From an uncultured Candidatus Saccharibacteria bacterium (GTDB lineage: Bacteria; Patescibacteriota; Minisyncoccia; Phycocordibacterales; GWA1-40-21): a DNA stretch of 46,549 bases. Position 1 is the first letter of the stretch. Each line of letters opens with the position of its first letter. Both the position numbers and the translations under genes were made by a program. The stretch spans positions 1-46,549 of the forward strand of contig CAYQFQ010000001.1 of the NCBI GenBank assembly GCA_964416925.1, written 5' to 3'. The notes under the pieces are model-generated. The model was not told the origin of the DNA. It searched no databases and was given only the letters and a program-made list of their open reading frames with translations. Positions 8,566 to 17,919 of the stretch are shown here, piece by piece.

Positions 8566-9039
8566 TTAAATATCACCTTTTAGAATTTTGTCCACCATCT
8601 CGATTTCATCCCAAATCCCTTCAATAATATCGTATTCTTTTGCCTCTGCTAAAGTAACCCACTTATACTCAGTACTATCTTCATCAAGCTTTACATCACC
8701 AGATTCATATTCAGCATAGTAGCTTAATACTATACACGGTACACCTTGCGGGGAGATGAACGCCAAATCCAAAAGATATGTTGGTTTTTTTATTTCAAGA
8801 TTCACCTCCTCCTTTACTTCTCTTCTCAAGGTTTTTTCAATAGCATAATACCACTGACCAGAAACCGTAGAAGGTTTGAGATTCATATAGTCATCGACTT
8901 CCATTCCTCCACCCGGCACAGTCCATTTATTAGGAAAAGATTTTTTAAAAGGGGCACGTTTTGTTATAAGATATTTTCCATCTTTATAAATAATAGCCGT
9001 AACTGCAATCCTATGAAGTTCTCTGTCTTTAATTTCCAT
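8566..9039 (-). CDS. NUDIX hydrolase
   Basis: Nudix box GGGMEV...LRREVKEEVNL. Confidence 0.8.
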   Translation of the reverse strand: MEIKDRELHRIAVTAIIYKDGKYLITKRAPFKKSFPNKWTVPGGGMEVDDYMNLKPSTVSGQWYYAIEKTLRREVKEEVNLEIKKPTYLLDLAFISPQGVPCIVLSYYAEYESGDVKLDEDSTEYKWVTLAEAKEYDIIEGIWDEIEMVDKILKGDI

Positions 9040-9087
9040 AATTATACATTAAAACCCATTTCGCCTTTTAGACGAAATGGGTTTTAA

Positions 9088-9639
9088 TTAGAATTTTACT
9101 TCAACCGGCTTCTTTGCAGCTTCCTCATCTAGAGTAAAGAGCTCCATTTTTACGAAATTAAATATTTTTGCAATAAGATTACTTGGAAAGGCTTCGATTG
9201 CGATATTTAAGTCTCTAACATTTCCATTATAAAATCTTCTTGAGGCTTGTATCTTGTTTTCTGTATCTGATAGTTCAGACTGCAATGCTAAGAAACTCTG
9301 ATTTGCTTTTAGATCTGGATAAGCTTCTGCGACAGCAAAAATTGTCTTCAAAGAAGATGTAAGCATATTCTCTGCTTTACCTTTGTCTGCAATATTCTGT
9401 GCACCCATAGCTGCAGCTCTAGCTTGTATAACTCTATCAAAGGTCTCACTCTCATGTGTAGCATAGCCTTTAACTGAATTTACCAAATTTGGAATAAGGT
9501 CATATCTCCTCTTAAGTTGTACGTCTATATCTGACCAGGCTTCTTTTGCTCTGTTGATAAAGGTTACAAATCTGTTATATGAAATAACACCCCACAATAC
9601 CAATACCACCAAAATTCCTAATATTATATATATTGTCAT
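9088..9639 (-). CDS. lemA: LemA family protein
   Basis: N-terminal TM plus YNRFV..AWSDIDVQLKRRYDLIPNLV signature. LemA is commonly paired with an HtpX-type protease. Confidence 0.85.
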   Translation of the reverse strand: MTIYIILGILVVLVLWGVISYNRFVTFINRAKEAWSDIDVQLKRRYDLIPNLVNSVKGYATHESETFDRVIQARAAAMGAQNIADKGKAENMLTSSLKTIFAVAEAYPDLKANQSFLALQSELSDTENKIQASRRFYNGNVRDLNIAIEAFPSNLIAKIFNFVKMELFTLDEEAAKKPVEVKF

Positions 9640-9764
9640 AGTTTTATATTAAGCAAGTTACAAAACACTGCTAAAATCTTGCCCGTCTATTATATCACAA
9701 TTATATACAAAAAACATATCCAAAGAGTTGCTTTAGTATTCTTTTCTGCTATAATGGCAAAGCA

Positions 9765-10001
9765 ATGAATACCTTGGTCAATATATTACCTTATATCCAG
9801 CTAACACTTTCTGTGCTTATTATTATATCTGTCTTACTACAACATTCCGAAGCAGGAGCCGGTGGTTCATTTGGTGGTGGAGATAACTGGAATAACGCAT
9901 ACCACACAAGAAGAGGTTTCGAAAAATTCACATTCAATTCAACTATAGTTTTGGGAGTACTTTTTGCTGTTTCTGCCATTTTGGCACTGTTTTTCAAATA
10001 A
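9765..10001 (+). CDS. secG: preprotein translocase subunit SecG
   Basis: 78 aa with two TM segments and an LLQHSEAGAGGSFGGG loop. Confidence 0.75.
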   Translation: MNTLVNILPYIQLTLSVLIIISVLLQHSEAGAGGSFGGGDNWNNAYHTRRGFEKFTFNSTIVLGVLFAVSAILALFFK

Positions 10002-10058
10002 ACAGATCCTCCTCTTTAATTATTAGTTTAAGTTTTTACAAAGCTTTTTTTTAATCTT

Positions 10059-11825
10059 GTGAAAGAGAAGATCAAACATATTATTGGAATAAAATGGGAA
10101 ATGCCCGGCTCAGAAATGATAAAAAATATCATCGCATCTTTTAGTTCAACCGAAAAAGCAATTTTTTACATTTTAACCACACTTTTTATAATTTCTGCCC
10201 TATTTTTACTTTCTCAGACAAATCAAAATTATCTAATATCTGTACCGGCTCGCGGTGGAACTCTAACAGAAGGGATTGTAGGGTCACCTAGGTTCGTAAA
10301 TCCCCTGCTCGCTACGTATGATACCGACAAAGATCTTGTATCTTTGGTTTACTCTGGATTGATGAAATCAACTTCCGCCGGTAGTCTTATTCCGGATCTT
10401 GCAAAAGAATATAAAGTTTCTGACGATGGTTTAGAATACGATTTTATACTAAAAGACAATCTTACTTTCCAAGACGGAGTAAGACTAACAACTGATGATA
10501 TAGAATTCACAATCAAAAAAAGCCAGGATCCAGATCTTAAGAGTCCAAAGAGGCCAAGTCTTTATGAAGTCAAAGTACAAAAAATAAGCGACAAGGAAAT
10601 CAAATTTACTCTCAGTAAGCCTTATGCACCTTTTCTTGAGACTATGACTCTCGGTATCTTACCAAAGCATATCTGGAGCAATTTCAATAGTAATGAATTC
10701 TCTATGAGCCAATATAATGTTGAACCAATTGGCTCAGGACCATATATGGTTAAAAAAATGGACATCGTAAAAAAGAACATGCTCATTACGCCTGTTTATT
10801 ATGAACTTTCTCCTTTTAAAAATTATGCATTGGGAGAAGCACTGATAAACAAACTTATAATTCGATTCTATTCGAGCGAGAAAGACCTTGTTAGCGCATT
10901 TAATGGCGGAGCTATAGAATCCATGAGTGGAGTTTCAAAAGAAAATCTATCAAAAATCGATACGAACCTTTTTAATTTGAACACCTCTCTTTTGCCTAGA
11001 ATATTTGCCGTATTCTTCAATCAAAATCAATCAACTGTTCTTGCAAATAGAGAAGTAAGACTTGCACTCGATACAGCAATCGATAAAAACAAAATCATTT
11101 CCGAAGTCCTTGGTGGCTATGGTGTCACCATAGACGGACCTGTTCCAGCAAGACTTATAGACTTAAAAGAAGAAGATGAAGCTAAAATTGATGAAGCAAC
11201 AAGAATTCAAGAAGCCAAGGATATTTTAATAAAAGGAGGTTGGGTATATAACGAGTCAAATAAAGTATGGGAGAAAATAGCAAAGAAAAAAGTAACCCAA
11301 ACTTTGAGTTTTTCTGTTGCTACTGCAAACAGCCAAGAACTACTTGGAGTCTCAGAAATAATCAAAAAAGACTGGGAAAAAATCGGAGTCTTTGTAGATA
11401 TCAAACCCTATGATTCAGGAGACTTGCAACAAAACATAATAAGACCCAGAAAATATGATGCGTTACTCTTCGGCGAAGTTATCGGAAGAGACATGGATTT
11501 ATATGCTTATTGGCATTCATCACAGAGAAACGACCCCGGCTATAATGTCTCTATGTACACAAATAGTAAGGCAGACAAGCTACTTGAAGACGCCAGAAAA
11601 ATCTCAGATCCGATAGATAGAAATGCTAAATATCAAAGTTTTTATAGCGAGGTGCAATCAGATATACCAGCCATTTTCCTCTACTCTCCAAAGTTTACTT
11701 ATGTAACACCGCATAAGGTCAAAGGATTAGAAATAGATGTCACAACTTCCCCATCAGAAAGATTCTTGGATGTTAACAAGTGGTATATCGAAACTAACGA
11801 CCTTTGGAAAATATTTATTAAATAA
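10059..11825 (+). CDS. ABC transporter substrate-binding protein, family 5 (peptide/nickel type), membrane-anchored
   Basis: SBP_bac_5-like motifs (RFVNPLLA, LTFQDG). GTG start in the track; true start uncertain. Confidence 0.7.
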   Translation: MKEKIKHIIGIKWEMPGSEMIKNIIASFSSTEKAIFYILTTLFIISALFLLSQTNQNYLISVPARGGTLTEGIVGSPRFVNPLLATYDTDKDLVSLVYSGLMKSTSAGSLIPDLAKEYKVSDDGLEYDFILKDNLTFQDGVRLTTDDIEFTIKKSQDPDLKSPKRPSLYEVKVQKISDKEIKFTLSKPYAPFLETMTLGILPKHIWSNFNSNEFSMSQYNVEPIGSGPYMVKKMDIVKKNMLITPVYYELSPFKNYALGEALINKLIIRFYSSEKDLVSAFNGGAIESMSGVSKENLSKIDTNLFNLNTSLLPRIFAVFFNQNQSTVLANREVRLALDTAIDKNKIISEVLGGYGVTIDGPVPARLIDLKEEDEAKIDEATRIQEAKDILIKGGWVYNESNKVWEKIAKKKVTQTLSFSVATANSQELLGVSEIIKKDWEKIGVFVDIKPYDSGDLQQNIIRPRKYDALLFGEVIGRDMDLYAYWHSSQRNDPGYNVSMYTNSKADKLLEDARKISDPIDRNAKYQSFYSEVQSDIPAIFLYSPKFTYVTPHKVKGLEIDVTTSPSERFLDVNKWYIETNDLWKIFIK

Positions 11826-11862
11826 TTTTTAAACTATTTTTATCAGCATTAATAACTAACAC

Positions 11863-13878
11863 ATGGAAAAAGATTCTAACAAAAGCGTAGGGGTGACAAG
11901 TGGCGGACAAATATCTCATTCGAATTCAAGTGACACAAGAAAAGTTTTTAAGAAAAAACTAGTTTTTGTGCGTAAGACTGGGGATAATCAAAGACAGCCT
12001 TATAGTGCCGGACATTCAAATACAACACCTCATACAGTACACAGCCCTGTATCGCATGCTCCTGCTCACACAATGAGCTCTTCGGCACATTCACCATCGA
12101 GACATAGAGGATTACCTCCAAAAAGAAAAACAGTTTCCAAGAACACCTCTGAACAGACAAACAGAAAACAAGCCGAATACACGATTCCTGCTGTTGGAGA
12201 CAATATTAGAATCATTCCTCTCGGTGGTGTTGAAGAAATAGGAAAAAATATTACCCTTCTTGAAACAAAAGATGACATTATCGTTTTTGATATGGGTTTT
12301 CAGTTCAAGGACGAAAACACACCCGGAATTGACTACATCTTACCCAATACAAAATATTTAGAAGATAGAAAAGGCAAAGTCAGAGCAGTTATTATCACTC
12401 ATGGTCACTTGGACCACATCGGTGGAATTCCTTATATTATGGAGAGACTTGGTAATCCCCCACTTTATACTAGAGAGCTTACATCTCTTATGATTAAAAA
12501 GAGACAAGAAGAATTCCCTCATACCGCACCACTCAATATTAAAGTCGTTGAAGCAAATACAAGTATAAAAATTGGAAATCTTTCAGTTGAATTTTTCTCA
12601 GTCAATCACACAATTCCAGATTCAATGGGAGTTATCGTAAAGACCGAAGCTGGATTAATCGTTAATCCTGGTGATCTTAGAATTGATAACATAGAAGGTA
12701 TACCAACTAAGGAAGAAGAAGATTACTATAGTCAAAAATTTGGCAATCAAAAGACTCTTCTTTTAATGGCGGATTCTACATCAGCTGATAACCCAGGATT
12801 TAATGCATCTGAAAGTATTGTCTGTAAAAATATTGACGAAATCATTAAGAACAATACAAGAGGAAGACTTATTATTGGAACTTTCGCATCTCAAATCGAG
12901 AGAATGATTAGTATGGTAGAATCTGCAGAAAAGTACGGCAAGAAAGTTGTCGTTGAAGGTAGAAGCATGAAGAACAACATTGAGATTGTGAGAATGGCCG
13001 GAAGACTAAAAGCTGACAAAGGAACAATTATCACAACAGAAGAAATGGACAAATACCCTCCAAACAGAATCGTCATTATGGCGACAGGTGCTCAAGGAGA
13101 TGAATTTGCTGCTCTCATGAGGATGGGTAACAAATCGCACAAAAACATCAGGATTGGAAAAACAGACACAGTCCTTCTATCTTCTTCTATTGTTCCGGGA
13201 AATGAAAAAGCTGTTGCAAAACTAAAAGACAATTTAGCTCGACAAGGTGCAAAGCTGGTTACTTATAGAACATCTGAAGTTTACATTCACGCATCCGGTC
13301 ACGCAAAAGCAGGTGAACTTACTTGGATCTACAATAAAGTTAAACCAAAGTTCTTCGTTCCGATTCACGGAAGTCACTTTATGCTTAGAGCAAATGAAGA
13401 GGTTGCTATAGCTGCAGGAATAAGAGCAGAAAATATTATTGTTCCAGATAACGGAATAATTATTGAAATTGATAAAAATGGAGAAAAAATAACAGCATTA
13501 AAAGAAAAAGCCCCTGCTTCACTTGTTATGGTAGATGGATTTTCTATTGGTGACGTTCAGGAGGTTGTTATTCGAGACAGACAGATGCTTGCTCAAGATG
13601 GAATGTTTGTCATTATCGCAAGTATAGATATCTCGGAAGGAAAACTTAGGAAATCACCAGATATCATTTCAAGAGGTTTCGTCTATTTGAGAGAATCACA
13701 AGAACTTCTTAAACACACGAGGTTCATAATTAAAAAAACACTTGAAGACGGTGTAAAAAATATGAATCCTGTAAACTTCGATTACCTCAAAGATCAGCTT
13801 ACAGATAACATAAGCAAATATCTTTTCCAGCAGACAGCAAAAAGACCGATGGTGATACCTGTGGTGATAGGAGTGTAA
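11863..13878 (+). CDS. rnj: ribonuclease J with an N-terminal extension of about 114 aa (basic, His/Ser/Pro-rich)
   Basis: Metallo-beta-lactamase HGHLDHIGG and beta-CASP region. The core starts near IRIIPLGGVEEIG. Confidence 0.9.
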   Translation: MEKDSNKSVGVTSGGQISHSNSSDTRKVFKKKLVFVRKTGDNQRQPYSAGHSNTTPHTVHSPVSHAPAHTMSSSAHSPSRHRGLPPKRKTVSKNTSEQTNRKQAEYTIPAVGDNIRIIPLGGVEEIGKNITLLETKDDIIVFDMGFQFKDENTPGIDYILPNTKYLEDRKGKVRAVIITHGHLDHIGGIPYIMERLGNPPLYTRELTSLMIKKRQEEFPHTAPLNIKVVEANTSIKIGNLSVEFFSVNHTIPDSMGVIVKTEAGLIVNPGDLRIDNIEGIPTKEEEDYYSQKFGNQKTLLLMADSTSADNPGFNASESIVCKNIDEIIKNNTRGRLIIGTFASQIERMISMVESAEKYGKKVVVEGRSMKNNIEIVRMAGRLKADKGTIITTEEMDKYPPNRIVIMATGAQGDEFAALMRMGNKSHKNIRIGKTDTVLLSSSIVPGNEKAVAKLKDNLARQGAKLVTYRTSEVYIHASGHAKAGELTWIYNKVKPKFFVPIHGSHFMLRANEEVAIAAGIRAENIIVPDNGIIIEIDKNGEKITALKEKAPASLVMVDGFSIGDVQEVVIRDRQMLAQDGMFVIIASIDISEGKLRKSPDIISRGFVYLRESQELLKHTRFIIKKTLEDGVKNMNPVNFDYLKDQLTDNISKYLFQQTAKRPMVIPVVIGV

Positions 13879-13899
13879 AAACAAGTCTAAAGAAAAAAA

Positions 13900-13924
13900 C
13901 CGGAGGCTTAACCTCCGGTTTTTA
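13900..13924 (+). terminator. rho-independent terminator of rnj
   Basis: CCGGAGG-CTTAA-CCTCCGG followed by a T run. Confidence 0.75.
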
Positions 13925-13929
13925 TATAT

Positions 13930-14305
13930 AAAAAAATCCACCAGTGCACTGGTGGACGTTCACTATGTTTGAAAGGATCTTACTGAAGGACCCAAACACC
14001 CATGTGAACAAAAATGGTAGGTTTGCTCTCCGTAGAGCGCTCGATTTTATTGTAGGTCCGAGCAACCCGTCATGATTCGTCTCCGCTGCCAACACCTCCT
14101 AGGCATCATGCGAAAACTACCTCGAGCGAACAATACCCTGTTACACAGTTGGGTATCGTTTGACTTTGTCGATCACCGCCAATCTAGCCTTAGCCAGAAA
14201 GTCGATGTCTTGCTGTTCGCCTTAGCAAGATTTCCCGTAACTATCCAGTTTGTCGTCTCTGGAGAAGGGATTAGTTCCATATAGTGGGAACCGCACTTCA
14301 ATTTC
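13930..14305 (-). ncRNA. candidate structured ncRNA, about 370 nt, or sRNA with a tiny ORF
   Basis: Promoter TTGACT (14335-14340) -N16- TATACT (14313-14318). Terminator CCACCAGTGCACTGGTGG plus T run (13930-13956). About 50% GC in an AT-rich context. Several stems by eye, e.g. AACGATACCC/GGGTATTGTT with a G:U that pairs only on the minus-strand RNA. Longest minus-strand ORF is 35 aa with no SD. Confidence 0.45.
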
Positions 14306-14430
14306 TTATACTAGTATAGCATATCCAAAAATAAAGTCAAGCTTTTTTATATTTAATCACTTATGATTACAAAATACCCTTATTTTATAAGGGTATTTTT
14401 ACTTTTTACTTTCGACTTTAAACTTTTCGC

Positions 14431-15588
14431 TCATCTCGTATCCTTAATTCTTGAAACAGTCCAGACTCCGAGCAACATTGAAATACCAACACCGATAAAC
14501 ATAAGTCTCATATCTACCCAGAACAACAACACAGAAAATAGAGCAGGGCCAATTAGATAAGCTAACGGGTTTGCCATCCTAAACACACTTATAAGACCAG
14601 TATCAGAAGAATTTATATTCTTGAAAAAGTATGATTCAGACAATATTTCTACCGCACTAGCTCCAACTCTTGTTATGAACAAAATGATTGCCCAAATTAC
14701 CAAACTTTTCACTTCAACAAAAGCAATCATCGCAGTAGAGACGGCCATAATAAGAAAACCTGAAATAAGCATTTCTTTCTCCCCTAGCACCTTATCAGCC
14801 AATCGTCCAAAAGGAATTTGAAATAAAATAAAAGGTAAAAGCATTATGGTAAATATAGGTCCGATTTCAGAAAGAGAAAAACCAATATATTTATTCATAT
14901 ATATTGGAGTATATATCACCATCCAAGAATAAAAAATCTGAAGGAGGAAAACTGCCCAAAATATTCCTGATAAATTTTTATTTTTGTATGTTCTTTTAAA
15001 CGCAGCGATAATAGATGTGTCTGAACTCTCGGTATCTTCAAATTTTCTTATTTTCCATGAGATTATAAGCAGAACAAGGAAAGTTAAAAGAGACGATGCT
15101 AAATAAACTTTCCAAAAATCATTGCCATTTCCTACGAGTAATCCAGCAAGTGTTGGAGCAAGGGCCCATGCAACGTTTAAGCATGTAAAGTAAATACTTC
15201 TAATCCTTCCTGTTGATGCATCCGTGGAAAACTTTTCAATAAAAATATCAAAACAAATATAACTCATACTTGTAGATAAAAGCATCGCCAAGAAAAGAAT
15301 GATCAGGGTGATTGGGTTATTTGCTAGAGCCAAGCCGAGTATTGATATAAAACCAAGAGTTAAAAAAGTTACAGCAACTTTATAAGCCCCAATCTTTGCC
15401 AAAATCTTTGGCATAAAAAGTAGAAAAAGTAATATTATAGCTGCTCCAACTGTATAAACATAACCAACAAAGTCTTCAGGAACAACATTACCCAAGAAGC
15501 TTGAGTTTAGATATGACGGGATAGCTACTCTTAATGAAAAGAAAAAACTTGTAAGATACAGTAGTGTCAACATCTTCTTGTTCTTCAT
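14431..15588 (-). CDS. MFS transporter
   Basis: About 12 predicted TM segments and typical length. Confidence 0.75.
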   Translation of the reverse strand: MKNKKMLTLLYLTSFFFSLRVAIPSYLNSSFLGNVVPEDFVGYVYTVGAAIILLFLLFMPKILAKIGAYKVAVTFLTLGFISILGLALANNPITLIILFLAMLLSTSMSYICFDIFIEKFSTDASTGRIRSIYFTCLNVAWALAPTLAGLLVGNGNDFWKVYLASSLLTFLVLLIISWKIRKFEDTESSDTSIIAAFKRTYKNKNLSGIFWAVFLLQIFYSWMVIYTPIYMNKYIGFSLSEIGPIFTIMLLPFILFQIPFGRLADKVLGEKEMLISGFLIMAVSTAMIAFVEVKSLVIWAIILFITRVGASAVEILSESYFFKNINSSDTGLISVFRMANPLAYLIGPALFSVLLFWVDMRLMFIGVGISMLLGVWTVSRIKDTR

Positions 15589-15595
15589 AAGATAA

Positions 15596-16357
15596 TTAAA
15601 TTTTGATTATATCTAATAATAAAAACATAGGGATTTCCTTTCTTGCTTTGTCCTCAGCCTTCTGACGTGGGCCAAGTTGGCTTTTTCGATTTGAACTCCA
15701 TTCCTCAATATTACATACCGCTAGTCCGTTTTTCTGTAATATTTTAAAATAAGTTTGTAGAGATTTGTGAAAAGTCACAGTGTATTCTTTTTTCTCTGGA
15801 TCTTTTTCTCCAGGATTCATCTCAATTTTGGTCATTATATCTGATGCATACGCATCAACCCTTCTATACTGGAGATCTTTCTTTTCATCAAAACCCCAGT
15901 CACTTTTCTTTGGTATTCTAAAGCATGGATGATTCAAAACAATATATGCATGCCCTTTGGATTTTAATACTCTTGAGACTTCTGAGAAAGCACCACTAGT
16001 ATTTTCGATATTTTGAAGCGCTAAAACAATCGAAAGTTTATCAAAAGTAGAATTTTCAAAAGGAAGCTTATCTGCCGGTGCGACTGAAAGCTCAATATCT
16101 TTTGGAGATTTTTCTTTCGCGATAGAGATGAGTTCCTCAGAAATATCGGTACCAGAAATACTTGCGCCAGATTTTATATACTCCCTTACAAAGAAGCCTT
16201 GACCGCATGCAACATCCAGGACCTTCTCCCCTTTTTTGAGAGACATTAGTCTAAGTAGATTCGGTAAAATCACTTCTTTTTGATATGTGTTATCACTATT
16301 TGTGAGTAAATCATCGTACCAATCTGCAACTTTTCCCCATGAGGTTTTTGTTTTCAT
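15596..16357 (-). CDS. class I SAM-dependent methyltransferase
   Basis: Motif I VLDVACGQGFF. Confidence 0.85.
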   Translation of the reverse strand: MKTKTSWGKVADWYDDLLTNSDNTYQKEVILPNLLRLMSLKKGEKVLDVACGQGFFVREYIKSGASISGTDISEELISIAKEKSPKDIELSVAPADKLPFENSTFDKLSIVLALQNIENTSGAFSEVSRVLKSKGHAYIVLNHPCFRIPKKSDWGFDEKKDLQYRRVDAYASDIMTKIEMNPGEKDPEKKEYTVTFHKSLQTYFKILQKNGLAVCNIEEWSSNRKSQLGPRQKAEDKARKEIPMFLLLDIIKI

Positions 16358-16450
16358 CCTGTTAAATACAGTTATCTTTAATAAAGTTATTCAATTATGA
16401 TTTTCTCATTATACTCACTTTTTCCTAGGTTGGTGTGTATATTTAACAGG
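16358..16450 (-). repeat. intergenic cassette copy A, with terminal inverted repeats abutting the start codon
   Basis: CCTGTTAAATA (16358-16368) and TATTTAACAGG (16440-16450). Paralogous to 16917-17007. Confidence 0.7.
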
Positions 16451-16472
16451 ACAAGTTCGTATATATGTTATT

Positions 16473-16916
16473 TTATCTCGCAAATCTGACTGGTATACTT
16501 ATACTGTCATCATTTTGTGGTAACCCTGAAGGATTATCCTTTTTTAATATCAATTCTCCTATTGTTATTGATGTTCCAGTCGCTATATTGAAATCCAAGT
16601 CTGCAGTAAAGTCTACAAATTCTGTTGTCATCCATTCACCGTCCGCAGTAGCAATACCTTGAGACAATACATTACCATTTATATCTTTTAGCTCGATGGG
16701 AAAACTTGCTTCAAAGAACCAAGTTCCTCTAGCTTTCCCAAAAATGTGAAGTGGACTTTTTATTGTAGAATTTGGCTCTGGATAATTAACCTGAATTAAA
16801 TCAGACTTATCTATCACAGGGATTACAACCGCACCTCTTCTACCCCAGTCAAGTGCTAAACCAAGACCTATTACAATGACAGCAATTAATCCAATTATAA
16901 TTATAATATTTCTCAT
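16473..16916 (-). CDS. Gmad2 immunoglobulin-like domain protein, membrane-anchored
   Basis: PLHIFGKARGTWFFEASFPIELKD matches the Gmad2 pattern. Confidence 0.6.
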   Translation of the reverse strand: MRNIIIIIGLIAVIVIGLGLALDWGRRGAVVIPVIDKSDLIQVNYPEPNSTIKSPLHIFGKARGTWFFEASFPIELKDINGNVLSQGIATADGEWMTTEFVDFTADLDFNIATGTSITIGELILKKDNPSGLPQNDDSISIPVRFAR

Positions 16917-17007
16917 CCTGTTAAATACAATTATTTTAATAAAATTATTTTATTGACCTTTGTTGAGATAATCACTTTTTCACATATCCACGTGTAGATT
17001 TAACAGG
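16917..17007 (-). repeat. intergenic cassette copy B
   Basis: CCTGTTAAAT (16917-16926) and ATTTAACAGG (16998-17007). Fills the space between the stop of the upstream gene and the next ATG. Confidence 0.7.
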
Positions 17008-17017
17008 ACAGGTGTTT

Positions 17018-17389
17018 TCAATTCCCAGAAATCGGTAACTCACAACCACTCAATTTTGAAAGATTTTCTAGACCTTGTTCACCCTCATAGATATTTTCCC
17101 CAATTATCCAAGACGGAAAATTTTTAATCTTTTTTTCAGTACATAAATCTGCATTGTCTGGACACTCAATATATTTTACATATTGGAAAGAACTACCAAA
17201 TCTTTCTTTTTCTGCTTTACAATGTGCACACCACTCTGCACCATACATAGTCACATCTTTACTTGCGAGGCACTTCGCAAAATTATCTAAGTTAACCTTC
17301 GGTCCCCTGTTATTAAAGAAATAAAGACCCCATATTGCTATAATGAGAACTATCGCGACGCTAAGTGAAATGTAGGTATTTTTATTCAT
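17018..17389 (-). CDS. membrane-anchored thioredoxin-like protein (VKOR-associated Trx type)
   Basis: YGAEWCAHCKAEKERFG CxxC motif with the downstream ..C....FPSW pattern. Confidence 0.7.
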   Translation of the reverse strand: MNKNTYISLSVAIVLIIAIWGLYFFNNRGPKVNLDNFAKCLASKDVTMYGAEWCAHCKAEKERFGSSFQYVKYIECPDNADLCTEKKIKNFPSWIIGENIYEGEQGLENLSKLSGCELPISGN

Positions 17390-17888
17390 TACAACAATCA
17401 ACGAGCTTAGCTACTATATCCTGTAACTTCCAAGGCTTTGCTTCTTCTTCCTTTGACATATCTTTAATCTGACAAATATCCAAAACCTTCAATCTCAAAG
17501 CAAAAAATATTGAATACATTTTGTAAGAATCATCAAAAAATTCTTTTGCGAGTTCTTTTTTACCCTCAGCCAAGAATTTTGTTCCGACTTCCATAAGTCT
17601 GTATGATGATGCAAGTAAGTGTTTTGAAATACACCATGTCTCACCCTCTGTCTTGTCTATCATCCTCTTAAGGAGCTTTGTTCTAAGAGTTCTAACTTCG
17701 TTTAGGACATCAAAGTACTCATCTTTCCCTGTCTTTTCTCCGGTAAAGAAAAGGTGCTCTTCAATCCCAAGAAGATTCATAATGGCAATGCTTAAATCTT
17801 CTTCTGTTGAAAGATCTACAGTTCCAGACTTTCTCATCTCTTCTACCCTTTTGATAACATCTTCAAATTTTGTGATTTTTTCGCTCAT
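17382..17888 (-). CDS. hypothetical protein, 168 aa
   Basis: Clean ORF between redox genes. No motif recognised. Confidence 0.5.
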   Translation of the reverse strand: MSEKITKFEDVIKRVEEMRKSGTVDLSTEEDLSIAIMNLLGIEEHLFFTGEKTGKDEYFDVLNEVRTLRTKLLKRMIDKTEGETWCISKHLLASSYRLMEVGTKFLAEGKKELAKEFFDDSYKMYSIFFALRLKVLDICQIKDMSKEEEAKPWKLQDIVAKLVDCCNE

Positions 17889-17919
17889 ATCAATAATTAA
17901 TTAATTTCTAATACTAAGA

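Noticed and set aside
14072-14284. 70-aa plus-strand ORF, and 35-aa and 20-aa minus-strand ORFs inside the GC-rich unit
   Set aside because: The plus ORF is antisense to the promoter and terminator-defined unit. The minus ORFs lack an SD and are very short. They are kept only as an alternative in the ncRNA finding.
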